Of a stretch of DNA of 64,000 nt, positions 1 to 8,777 are shown piece after piece. The notes beneath the pieces are model-generated. The model was given only the letters and a program-made list of their open reading frames with translations. It was not told where the DNA came from and made no database searches. The stretch's first letter is position 1, and every line of letters begins with the position of its first letter. The stretch is from NCBI GenBank assembly GCA_964347025.1, contig CAYFWU010000001.1:26081-90080 (forward strand), given 5' to 3'. The translations under genes were made by a program, and so were the position numbers. The DNA comes from an uncultured archaeon (lineage in GTDB: Archaea; Aenigmatarchaeota; Aenigmatarchaeia; QMZP01; QMZT01).

Positions 1-1
1 T

Positions 2-247
2 GCGGAGGTTGAGAAGTTACGAGCCCTTATCTCGATAATAGGGGAGGAAGGTTTAACGGAAACGGATAAAAGGTATCTGAAATGGGCAGATGGATTTGAA
101 AGAGGTTTCATAAATCAGGAAGAAAATGAAAGGAGAGGGATAAAACAATCTTTGGAAAAAGCATGGGAATTACTTTCGGTAATACCTGAGGAAAGGTTGA
201 AAAGGATTGAAAGTGATTTAATGAAGAGGTATTTGAGGAGGAAATAG
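2..247 (+). CDS. atpB: A-type (V-type) ATP synthase subunit B, C-terminal fragment (5' end outside window)
   Basis: Frame-2 translation ...AEVEKLRALISIIGEEGLTETDKRYLKWADGFERGFINQ...WELLSVIPEERLKRIESDLMKRYL matches the conserved C-terminus of archaeal A1 subunit B. The stop is at 245-247 and the next gene starts 1 nt later. Confidence 0.7.
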   Translation, partial: AEVEKLRALISIIGEEGLTETDKRYLKWADGFERGFINQEENERRGIKQSLEKAWELLSVIPEERLKRIESDLMKRYLRRK

Positions 248-248
248 C

Positions 249-488
249 ATGCCAGGTCCGAAACCGCCACACCTACATCCGAGACCCCATGAAAAGCCAC
301 CACATCTTAGGGTTAAATCAAAGACAAAAAGAGTGGTTTTGGCTTTTGTCATTTCAACAATCTTCGCGTTGGTAATAGGCTACATACTTTACTATTTTGA
401 CATATCAATAAATGTTATCCTGCCCGTGTTGGCTCCCATATGGGTGGGTGTAGCTACAATATCGTACATGGCTATGAGTGAGCACTGA
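249..488 (+). CDS. small membrane protein with a Pro/His-rich N-terminus and two predicted TM helices, embedded between atpB and atpD
   Basis: 79-aa ORF tightly packed between ATPase subunits (1 nt after the atpB stop, 5 nt before the atpD start). Hydrophobic stretches VVLAFVISTIFALVIGYILYY and VILPVLAPIWVGVATI. Confidence 0.4.
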   Translation: MPGPKPPHLHPRPHEKPPHLRVKSKTKRVVLAFVISTIFALVIGYILYYFDISINVILPVLAPIWVGVATISYMAMSEH

Positions 489-493
489 TTGAC

Positions 494-1102
494 ATGAGAG
501 AGTATCCGAACAGAACCGGTCTGCTGAGATTGAAGGAAGAGATAGATGTAGCGGAAAGGGGGAAGGAAATACTTCAAGATAAGATAGAATCTTTGATTGT
601 TTTGTTCTTTGAATATGTAAAGGAAAGGGGAGAGAAAAGAAAGTATATGGAAGACTCGTTGGTCAAAGCTTTCAAGGACCTTATTCTTTTGGAGTCACTG
701 ATGGGATTGATATCTGTGAAGAGCGATTCCTTTTCGGTTCCAGAGGGTTCACTGGCCACGAAAGAAAAGAAGGTTATGGGCATAAGATTGCCAGAATTTT
801 TTTGGGAAAAGTCAAAAAGTGGATTTCAAATATTAAACATACCTCTGAAGTTTGACAGAACAAAACTCAAGTTCGAAGATGTTCTGGAAGTAATTCTGAA
901 TGTTGGGACCATGGAAAATGCAATCCAGGTTCTTTCTAAGGAGATCAAGGAAACGAGGAAGGTTGTGAATTCCCTGGAAAACTACATACTTCCTGGATTC
1001 AGGAGTGAAAAGAAGTGGATAGAACTGAGGCTGGAAGAGCTCGCAAGGGAGGATTTACTTAGATACAAAATGATAAAGAAAAAGTTGGAAATTTCTAAAT
1101 AA
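494..1102 (+). CDS. atpD: A-type ATP synthase subunit D
   Basis: N-terminus P-NRTGLLRLKEEIDVAERGKEILQDK is the hallmark of V/A-ATPase subunit D. Length is 202 aa and it lies downstream of subunit B, as in the canonical operon order. Confidence 0.75.
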   Translation: MREYPNRTGLLRLKEEIDVAERGKEILQDKIESLIVLFFEYVKERGEKRKYMEDSLVKAFKDLILLESLMGLISVKSDSFSVPEGSLATKEKKVMGIRLPEFFWEKSKSGFQILNIPLKFDRTKLKFEDVLEVILNVGTMENAIQVLSKEIKETRKVVNSLENYILPGFRSEKKWIELRLEELAREDLLRYKMIKKKLEISK

Positions 1103-1120
1103 AGGAAAGAGGGGGTTAGA

Positions 1121-1726
1121 TTATGTTACTCCTAGACCGCTCAGACCGCCTAGAGTTCCTATACCGGTCATTGGTAAGAATGCCGCAAGTAATGTCATGA
1201 ATGCCACAGCCGCTATGATCACCGGTATCACAATTGCAATTATCAAGGCCAATGCTGCACTTCCTCCTGTCATTCCGTGGAGTTTCCTTATTCCCATCCA
1301 CTGCAGAACTAGGGCCCAGATCCCAAATATTATTGATATTACTGGTAACCAGCCAAGTAAATACGCCGGTGAATACCCGTAGTAGACTGACTTCATTGTC
1401 TGTTCCAGACCTTTTCTTGCTCCGAAAACGTATGCCCATAGATGAAGCCACAATCCCCATATCGTAAGGAATATTATTATCCCTATATATCCACCTACTA
1501 TGGCTCCTACGATCACCACTGGCAAAAGAACCGCTCCTGTCATACCGAATCCTGTTGAAAAGAAATTTGCTATCAGCCCTGACACTATTCCGTTGAGCAC
1601 TGCAAACACTATCGCGACCACTAGCATGAATTTGAATGCTTCCCCAAGTTTTTCCCCCTTTATTGAATCAAAGCTCTTTTCAGGCGATTTCAAGAAATCT
1701 ATCGCTTTGTATATATATTTCATCAT
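1121..1726 (-). CDS. Yip1-family integral membrane protein
   Basis: 201 aa with a soluble N-terminal ~40 aa followed by 5 TM helices, the typical Yip1/DUF1282 topology. Confidence 0.45.
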   Translation of the reverse strand: MMKYIYKAIDFLKSPEKSFDSIKGEKLGEAFKFMLVVAIVFAVLNGIVSGLIANFFSTGFGMTGAVLLPVVIVGAIVGGYIGIIIFLTIWGLWLHLWAYVFGARKGLEQTMKSVYYGYSPAYLLGWLPVISIIFGIWALVLQWMGIRKLHGMTGGSAALALIIAIVIPVIIAAVAFMTLLAAFLPMTGIGTLGGLSGLGVT

Positions 1727-1798
1727 ATTTCACCTTGCAATAATATTGGAAACCTTATTTAAATTGTTTTTTATCTCAATGAAGAACAAGAAGCGGTG

Positions 1799-2131
1799 TT
1801 ATTCCTTTTTCAGTTTTACTATTGCCTCTGCAATATCCTTGGTTTCTTCCAGCATGGCTTTCGCCTCTTCGGAGGAAACCCCTGCCTGTTCTGCCACCAT
1901 CTCTACATCTTCGTCACTGATCTCTTCTCTTGATCGTTCAGATATTTCACCGGTTATCTGAAAGGTTTCCTTCCCCATAACGTTTACCTTTGAAACCTCT
2001 GGGTTGGAGATAACTATTTCCTTGTCCGAAGTTTTTATTATCACTTCTTCTGCATCTATGTGAGACATCTGCATTCCCATCTGTTTCATCATACGCTCCA
2101 TCTGTCTCGGATTAATTTTCATAGCAATCAA
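1799..2131 (-). CDS. nac: nascent polypeptide-associated complex alpha subunit (NAC domain plus C-terminal UBA)
   Basis: MKINPRQMERMMKQMGMQM...VIIKT..KEIVISNPEVSKVNVMGKETFQITGE is the NAC beta-barrel. The C-terminus VSSEEAKAMLEETKDIAEAI is UBA-like. Confidence 0.8.
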   Translation of the reverse strand: MIAMKINPRQMERMMKQMGMQMSHIDAEEVIIKTSDKEIVISNPEVSKVNVMGKETFQITGEISERSREEISDEDVEMVAEQAGVSSEEAKAMLEETKDIAEAIVKLKKE

Positions 2132-2241
2132 TAAAGATATTAGGAAGTTGATTTAAAAATTATGTTGTTTGAAACTTTAGTTTTCTAACCTATACGTTTG
2201 GATAACGAAATGGTTTTATTGTTTGGTTTCCAATTTTCTAT

Positions 2242-4878
2242 ATGCTTTTTCAGATCTTTGATATAGACTACACCATGGTTGATGACAGGCCTATAGTGAG
2301 GATATTCGGAAAGACCAAAAAAGGCGAAACGGTTTGCGGTTTCTATGAAAATTACCTGCCGTATTTTTATGCAAGAGGTGAAGGGGTCGAGGATGCTGTC
2401 AAGGGAGAAAGTAATATGGTGAAGGTTGAAAGGGTTGAGAGATTTCTTCCCATAGGATATCAGAAACAAACGAGTGAATTGTATAGGATAACACTTAAAA
2501 ACCCAGCGAAGACGCCTGAAATAAGGGACAGGCTGAGATCAAAGGGTTTCGAGGTTTTTGAAGCGGACATACCCTTCAAATACAGATTCATGGCTGATTT
2601 CGATCTGAAGGGTATGGAATGGATTGAGGTTGAAGGTTCGGAAGGTGTGACGACAAACACAGTGAGCACACAGGTTAAAATCCCAATAAAACAATTCAAA
2701 AAAATCGAAATGGATGGTATGGCTCGCTTGAAATTTCTCTGTTTGGATATAGAATGTGTTTCTTTGAAGGAGGGGGAAATGCCCGAGGCAAGAAAGGATC
2801 CTATAATAATGATTTCGCTGGTTTTCAGTGAACCGTACAAGGGCAAAGATTCGCTGGTTATGAGTACGAGATCTGATATTGATGTGAAACCATTCGAGAC
2901 AGAGAAGGAACTGTTGGAGGATCTGATTGGAATAATAATGGATTACGATCCTGACGTCATAACAGGCTTTAACGTAAACAACTTTGACATCCCGTACATA
3001 CTTGAAAGGATGAGGCAGAATGATATACCTCCTATCTTTGGGAGATGTAAAAAACACGTTACCAAGAACCAGATAATGAGCAGGTTCAAAATAAACATAA
3101 CTGGAAGAATAATGGTTGATTCTTTTGAGATAATAAAGAGGGATTTCTCAATGAAACGCTATGATCTGAACACAGTATCAAACGAACTTTTGGGGGAAGG
3201 AAAAGAGAATGTTAAGAGGTCCCAGATAGAGAAGTTCTGGAAGGGCAGTCAGGAAAAGTTCAGAACACTCATAAGGTATTCCAAGAAGGATTCAGAACTT
3301 GCAATGAAACTGGTTTCTAAAATGAATCTGTTGGATAAATACATAGCGCTTGCCAAAATTTCTGGCACGCTTCTCCAGGATATACTCGATTCCGGGGAAA
3401 CGACAAGAATCGAAAACCTGATTCTAAGGGAATTTGACAAAGAGGATTTTGTTCTTCCCTGCAGGCCAGACGGGATGGAGGTTTCCAAGAGGGAGAAGGT
3501 AAGAAAGGTTGAGCTGAAAGGGGGGCATGTGATAGAACCCGAAAAGGGTTTACATTCCTCAGTTATTGTCCTTGACTTTAAATCAATGTACCCTTCTTTG
3601 ATAAGGACGTTCAACATCTGCCCGACAACCCTGCTTGTGAAAGGAGATGTGGAAGGGGCGATATCGTCCCCTTCAGGAGCGAAATTTGTTCCTGAAAGCA
3701 TAAGAAAGGGCATAATACCAAAGATACTGGAGAGGCTGATGGATGAAAGACAAAAGGTCAAAAGGAAAATAAGGAAAGAATCCGCCTCAGGGAAAATCAG
3801 GGAGTTAAAGGCGGAGGAATTCGCCCTTAAAATAATGTCCAACGCCTTTTACGGACACTTCGGGTACCCGCGAGCGAAGGTATACTCAATGGACATCGCA
3901 AGCTCAATAACGGCATTTGGGAGGGAAACAATCAAAAAAACAAAAGAGTTTATTGAGAAGAACTTCGGTTACAAGGTTATTTATGGAGATACCGATTCTG
4001 TCATGGTTGAGGTTCCATATAAGGAACTTGGTGAAACGAAAAAGGCTGGGGAAGAGGTGGCAAAAAGGGTCACATCGGTTTTGAAGGGTGTTATGGAGTT
4101 AGAATTTGAAAAGGTTTTCAAGAGATTTCTTCCACTCACCAAGAAGAGGTACGCTGCGTGGGCATTTGAGTTTAGTGAAGATGGTTGGAAGGAAAGCATG
4201 GAAACGAAGGGTATAGAGACTGTTAGGAGGGACTGGTGTGATCTAACGTCGGAGACTATCGAGAAAGTTCTGGGGATAATCTTGAAGAAGAACGACATCA
4301 AAGAGGCTGTCAGCTATTTTAAGGGCGTGGCAGACAACATGGTTGAAGGCAATATCCCCATACAAAAACTTGTCATAACCAAGACCATGACCAAGCGAGC
4401 GGAAGGTTATGCAGGTATACAGCCGCATGCAGAGCTTGTGAAAAAGATAAAGAAACGTTCACCAGCTGAATGCCCGGGGGTTGGGGATAGGATTGGCTAC
4501 GTCATAGTGAAAGGACCGGAACTTCTTTCTAAAAGATCAGAGGATCCCTTGTATGTTATGGAGAAAAAACTTCCGATAGATTCAAGGTACTACATAGAAA
4601 ACCAACTTCTTCCCCCCCTGGAAAGGATTTTCACTGCATTGGGTATTTCAAAAACAGAGCTGCTGGGAAAGGGTAAACAGGTTAGCCTTTTCACTGCTAT
4701 TGCCAACAATTCTAAGACAAATATTCTGAAAGACATTTCTGATAAAGACGTCAAAGGTTTTATATGTGAAAAGTGTTACAAAACCTATAACATTCCTCCC
4801 CTCAGCGGGGTTTGTCTGTGTGGAGGGAACCTTCTCTTTAATTCTTCCAAAGGGCCCGCAAAACATGTTGTTTACTAG
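2242..4878 (+). CDS. polB: family B DNA polymerase
   Basis: Exo I motif LDIECVS, polymerase motif C YGDTDS, the KxxxNSxYG motif (KIMSNAFYG), and a C-terminal Cys cluster CEKCYK...CLCGG. Length 878 aa. Confidence 0.9.
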   Translation: MLFQIFDIDYTMVDDRPIVRIFGKTKKGETVCGFYENYLPYFYARGEGVEDAVKGESNMVKVERVERFLPIGYQKQTSELYRITLKNPAKTPEIRDRLRSKGFEVFEADIPFKYRFMADFDLKGMEWIEVEGSEGVTTNTVSTQVKIPIKQFKKIEMDGMARLKFLCLDIECVSLKEGEMPEARKDPIIMISLVFSEPYKGKDSLVMSTRSDIDVKPFETEKELLEDLIGIIMDYDPDVITGFNVNNFDIPYILERMRQNDIPPIFGRCKKHVTKNQIMSRFKINITGRIMVDSFEIIKRDFSMKRYDLNTVSNELLGEGKENVKRSQIEKFWKGSQEKFRTLIRYSKKDSELAMKLVSKMNLLDKYIALAKISGTLLQDILDSGETTRIENLILREFDKEDFVLPCRPDGMEVSKREKVRKVELKGGHVIEPEKGLHSSVIVLDFKSMYPSLIRTFNICPTTLLVKGDVEGAISSPSGAKFVPESIRKGIIPKILERLMDERQKVKRKIRKESASGKIRELKAEEFALKIMSNAFYGHFGYPRAKVYSMDIASSITAFGRETIKKTKEFIEKNFGYKVIYGDTDSVMVEVPYKELGETKKAGEEVAKRVTSVLKGVMELEFEKVFKRFLPLTKKRYAAWAFEFSEDGWKESMETKGIETVRRDWCDLTSETIEKVLGIILKKNDIKEAVSYFKGVADNMVEGNIPIQKLVITKTMTKRAEGYAGIQPHAELVKKIKKRSPAECPGVGDRIGYVIVKGPELLSKRSEDPLYVMEKKLPIDSRYYIENQLLPPLERIFTALGISKTELLGKGKQVSLFTAIANNSKTNILKDISDKDVKGFICEKCYKTYNIPPLSGVCLCGGNLLFNSSKGPAKHVVY

Positions 4879-5093
4879 ATAGTGAATTTATATAACTTCA
4901 CTATGAAAGAGTTGATTTAATTTTTGTTTTGAAACCCATGTGAAGTTTGAGCGTGAAACCTTCATTTAAATTATCGTAAATGTCATGTGAAGGAGGGACA
5001 CCTTCATTTCCTGTGGAAAAATTCGATATGCTTAGCTATATACCGGTTTTTCCAGTTTCATGTGAATTCCATGTGAAATTTTTATCGGTGTCT

Positions 5094-6317
5094 CTAGAAG
5101 AAAGTGCTAAGAAAAAACGGATTTGCTCCTGAAAAGTACATGATTGTGGGGAGTATGAGGAACCCCATCAGGTGGGTTCTCTTCACGCCAAGAGAGATTG
5201 CCAGCAGACCTATAAACATTCCTGTCAATGAAATTAACACTCCTAAAATCCCTGTGAACGTGAATACCAGTAAGGACAAGAATGACAGTGTGAAGAGCAT
5301 CATTTTTGTATAGTTTATATCTTTAATCCTTTCGATTATAATGCTGCCCATCTTTATCGTTAATACACCCGATATCAGGCATGTTATAAAGCCGACCACT
5401 ATCACGAATATAATATCAAAGGACGAGATGGAATCCACAATCTGAGAAAGCACCCATACCGCTCCTGATCTTGTCTTCCCAATAACATAGAAGACAATGA
5501 AGGTGAAGAATATGTTTGATGTGTTTATTCCCCCAAGGGCAACAAGGAATTCCCTCAGTTTCGCTCTGAGAAACTGAGCCGCTACTATGCCTGCCTGCGA
5601 AGAACCTATTCCTGGAAGTAAACCCGCAAGCATGCCTGCCAGCCACCCGGCAACACTTCCCTTTAACCAGTTCTCCCTTATTTCTCTGGGTTTCTTCTGG
5701 GGAGGGAGTTTCATCCTTGTTATTACGCTCGTTAGCAGAGTGCTCAGGCCAAAGAGGCCTGTCAAGGCTGGGAAAAGGGTTTGCTCAGAGGGGAAAGAAT
5801 TAAGGGTTAAGAAACCAAAAACCCCAGAAAAGAAAAAAATCGGAGGTGCATATAATTTCTTCTTTCCCTTCTCTGTGAACATCATCCATACGACAATCGA
5901 CAGTAGGATAAGATGTATGAAGGGTTTTATTGTATTGTATATCAAAGGGAGAAAATAAAAGAGAGCGGGAAGGCTTAAAATTGTTAGCATCATTACACCG
6001 ATACCACCCATTACTGTCAGAAAAAGGGCTTCATACCCTTTCCCCTTCAAAAGTAGTCTATGCCCCGGAAGAATAGAAAGGACAGAATCCTCTTCCGGCG
6101 CTCCGAAGAGAATGGTTGGTATAAAATCGAAAAAGGTATTGGATACGGCGAGAGAAATTATAAAGGCAAGCATGCAGTGAAGGGGGAGAGAGGAAAAAAC
6201 GAAGGTCATGGATAAGACCATAATGAAAATTGTGTTTGGATGAAGCCCTGGGATTAGACCCGTAATTAACCCGAAAAACATTCCCAAAAAAATGAAGAAA
6301 ACAACCTCAAAGAACAT
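5094..6317 (-). CDS. TctA/DUF112-family polytopic membrane transporter
   Basis: 407 aa with >10 TM helices and duplicated G-L-x-P-G-x-(G/H) motifs (GLITGLIPGLHP and GLLPGIGSSQAG), as in tripartite tricarboxylate transporter TctA. Confidence 0.5.
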   Translation of the reverse strand: MFFEVVFFIFLGMFFGLITGLIPGLHPNTIFIMVLSMTFVFSSLPLHCMLAFIISLAVSNTFFDFIPTILFGAPEEDSVLSILPGHRLLLKGKGYEALFLTVMGGIGVMMLTILSLPALFYFLPLIYNTIKPFIHLILLSIVVWMMFTEKGKKKLYAPPIFFFSGVFGFLTLNSFPSEQTLFPALTGLFGLSTLLTSVITRMKLPPQKKPREIRENWLKGSVAGWLAGMLAGLLPGIGSSQAGIVAAQFLRAKLREFLVALGGINTSNIFFTFIVFYVIGKTRSGAVWVLSQIVDSISSFDIIFVIVVGFITCLISGVLTIKMGSIIIERIKDINYTKMMLFTLSFLSLLVFTFTGILGVLISLTGMFIGLLAISLGVKRTHLMGFLILPTIMYFSGANPFFLSTFF

Positions 6318-6414
6318 TAATAAATTGTTTTTGAGGGCTTTAAGAAATTGAGTTTAAACCTTTGTTTAAACAACCATCTTGTAAATATTTAAATAATTAA
6401 CGTATATTAATTCT

Positions 6415-7140
6415 ATGGTTGACGAAACCAAGTTGGCGAAGGAGAAGCTTGCAAAGGACATTGTAGGCGAAATTGTTCTCTCTGATAATCCTGAAAAGAT
6501 CCTCAAGAAATGGAGGAGTATATTCAATTTCTCTCAGAAAAAGGTGGCCAAATGTTTAGGTATAACCTCTTCTGTCATATCTGATTACGAATCCGGAAGG
6601 AGAAAGTCTCCAGGAATAAATGTCATAAAGAAGTATGTGAACGCGCTTTTGGACCTTGATCTCAGGAGCGGCGGTAAGGTTATAAAGAGTTTTTCACAGT
6701 CCTTTTTCCAGAGTCCGAAGATATCGGAAGCTGTCATAGATATAAAGGAATTCTCTTCTGGAATTGATATAAATACCTTCTGTAAGAGGATCAGTGCAGA
6801 CATGCTGACAAAGAGTGTTGGTAGAGTTGAAAGGGAGATATATGGTTATACCATTATAGATTCGGTTAAAGCCATATCAGAACTTTCATTTAATCAGCTC
6901 ATTGGTCTTTACGGGACGACAACTCAGCGCGCTCTTCTCTTCACGGGTGTTTCCACCGGGAGAACTCCCATGGTTGCAATAAAACTAACAAACCTGCAAC
7001 CAGGTCTTGTTGTTTTACATGGGATAGAACAGGTCGATGAGGTCGCAAAAAACATAGCCGAAGCAGAGAACATTCCCCTTGCACTGTGCAGACTTGAAGG
7101 AGTTGAGGACGTTGTCTCAAGACTGAAAGAACTTGATTAA
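6415..7140 (+). CDS. XRE-family HTH transcriptional regulator with a C-terminal domain of unknown function
   Basis: The segment FSQKKVAKCLGITSSVISDYESGRRKSP is an HTH_XRE helix-turn-helix. The ~150-aa C-terminal domain is unassigned. Confidence 0.5.
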   Translation: MVDETKLAKEKLAKDIVGEIVLSDNPEKILKKWRSIFNFSQKKVAKCLGITSSVISDYESGRRKSPGINVIKKYVNALLDLDLRSGGKVIKSFSQSFFQSPKISEAVIDIKEFSSGIDINTFCKRISADMLTKSVGRVEREIYGYTIIDSVKAISELSFNQLIGLYGTTTQRALLFTGVSTGRTPMVAIKLTNLQPGLVVLHGIEQVDEVAKNIAEAENIPLALCRLEGVEDVVSRLKELD

Positions 7141-7811
7141 AACTTTTTTATCTCACATTTTACTTCCCTGTCTATTGTCACCATCCCATACAGGCCATTA
7201 AATATGGCGCCGGGGTAGAAAACCGTTGTTTTTCCTATTTTATCTATACCGCCTGCTTCGTGTATGTGAGCAGAAATTGCCAAAACGGGTTTTCTTGTCT
7301 CTATGAAATTTCTTATCACCTTTGAACCTACATGTTCTCCTGTTTCTGTTCTGTCGACCTTTGTCCTGTAAGGGGGGCAGTGTGTTAGCAGTATGCTTTT
7401 TATTTTTGGGTCTATTTTAAGTTTAAGTAGGTTTCCCTTTATTTCCTCCTCTGTTGGCTCAAATTTCGTATTAAAGGGCGTGGAGGCCCCTCCAAAGCCG
7501 AGTATCTCAAATCCCTTGAATTTTCTGGTTTTGGCATGAAGATTTACATCATATTCGTCAAACATTTCTAAAATCTCGTATGGTTCATGATTCCCTGGTA
7601 TGCATAGAACAGGTTTGCCTAAGGATAACATTTTTTGGAGAACAAGCTCTGCAACATCTATCTGCGAGAAACCTTCAGGTGTATTGAACATGTCTGTGAA
7701 ATCCCCAGGACACAAAACCAAGTCGAAATTCTTTTCGTCAAATTTTTTTAAAAATTTTGAAAGCTTCTCAATCTCTCCGTGGACGTCCGCGATAACAAGA
7801 ATTTTTAGCAT
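7137..7811 (-). CDS. calcineurin-like metallophosphoesterase (MJ0936/YfcE-like)
   Basis: All MPE motifs are present: ADVHGE, PGDFTD, GNHE, LTHCPP, SAHIHE. A TATA-like element (tttttaataaa) lies ~27 nt upstream on the minus strand. Confidence 0.75.
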   Translation of the reverse strand: MLKILVIADVHGEIEKLSKFLKKFDEKNFDLVLCPGDFTDMFNTPEGFSQIDVAELVLQKMLSLGKPVLCIPGNHEPYEILEMFDEYDVNLHAKTRKFKGFEILGFGGASTPFNTKFEPTEEEIKGNLLKLKIDPKIKSILLTHCPPYRTKVDRTETGEHVGSKVIRNFIETRKPVLAISAHIHEAGGIDKIGKTTVFYPGAIFNGLYGMVTIDREVKCEIKKF

Positions 7812-7858
7812 ATTAATTCTATGCTGTGTTTATTAAAAAGTGTTGATATATAACAGTG

Positions 7859-8755
7859 TTATATTTTTCCAAACTTCCCCCCGTTAATCTCACTATATTC
7901 AAAAAAACTTTCATGGTCTGTTGATGCCACTACTATTCCCTTGTAGTTCTTACTCCAGTTTTCTTTGTTTTCAATCAACCATATTATGTTCGGTATATTT
8001 TCTATAAGGTAGGGGGTGTATATGCCTGCCTCCTCTCTGTGTGGGAGTTCCCTCCTCTTTAAAAAATTTACGAACTCCTGGTTCCCAATTACGTCCTCTG
8101 GTTTGAAAACAAGAATCAATGTTTCCTTGCCCCCATGCTGTAGCCTTATCCAACGTGGGTTCAGATTTCCGTTTTCTTCGGATTCGAGGTTTATGACCGC
8201 AAATCCTTTTCCTGTTTTCTCCTTCAGTTCTTCGCTTAGCTTTCTTGTAAGCAGAATGTCTGGGATCTTTCCCTTGTCGGTTAGTGGTATGTCAGGCCAA
8301 ATAATTTCATCAGGGAAGAAACCTCCCTCTTTAAACCAGCCTCTTAAGCCAACAATGTCTCCCGGTAAAATGTTTTTGTTGTCCATTACAACTTCTGTTC
8401 CCCCCGTGATGTCCTCTATGACAAACCCGTTTTTTGTTTTTTCTCTTACCCTTCCTATTATTGAAGTTTTCGAGAATATTTTTTTACCCTTGTTTATAGA
8501 AACAGCATCCATTTTCTTTAGTAGAACCCCCTTCAAGATTTCATACTTTTTACCGTAGTAATCCAAAAAATCTTTAACCGTGGCTTCCTTTCTCTTTTTT
8601 TTGTTCTCTGTCTTTATCTTAGGTTTTTCTTTTTTTCCTTCCTTGAGTTCTCTTAAAATATCCTCGTAGTTGTCCTCGTTAATTGTTTCCAAAAGGGTTG
8701 GTGGAACCATAACCCCTTCCTTGAGAAACACCGATATTATCTGCTTTTTGTTCAT
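7859..8755 (-). CDS. OB-fold protein with similarity in pattern to the OB/N-terminal region of PolD small subunit (DP1) and eukaryotic polymerase B-subunits; function unknown
   Basis: The central segment SIIGRVREKTKNGFVIEDITGGTEVVMDNKNILPGDIVGLRGWFKEGGFF...IIWPDIPL resembles the DP1 OB fold followed by the PDxP linker. No intact phosphoesterase motifs follow. Confidence 0.35.
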   Translation of the reverse strand: MNKKQIISVFLKEGVMVPPTLLETINEDNYEDILRELKEGKKEKPKIKTENKKKRKEATVKDFLDYYGKKYEILKGVLLKKMDAVSINKGKKIFSKTSIIGRVREKTKNGFVIEDITGGTEVVMDNKNILPGDIVGLRGWFKEGGFFPDEIIWPDIPLTDKGKIPDILLTRKLSEELKEKTGKGFAVINLESEENGNLNPRWIRLQHGGKETLILVFKPEDVIGNQEFVNFLKRRELPHREEAGIYTPYLIENIPNIIWLIENKENWSKNYKGIVVASTDHESFFEYSEINGGKFGKI

Positions 8756-8777
8756 TTTTCATTCTTGGGTTTTAGAT

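Noticed and set aside
4938-5077. Possible CRISPR array suggested by repeated CATGTGAA
   Set aside because: The repeats are only 8 bp with irregular spacing (46, 75, 11 bp). There is no 24-40-bp direct-repeat unit, no cas genes and no leader. It is kept only as an unexplained motif cluster.
8016-8558. 180-aa ORF on the plus strand
   Set aside because: It lies entirely antisense to the 298-aa OB-fold gene (7859-8755). Its composition is low-complexity and Ser/Phe-rich, typical of the reverse frame of a Lys/Glu-rich gene. No motif was found.
7137-8755. Simple frameshifted single DP1 gene
   Set aside because: The downstream phosphoesterase has its own TATA-like element and a complete motif set starting at its own Met. 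The 47-bp spacer contains a stop in the upstream frame. A split or fused origin is possible but not a trivial frameshift, so it is retained only as a hypothesis in the findings.
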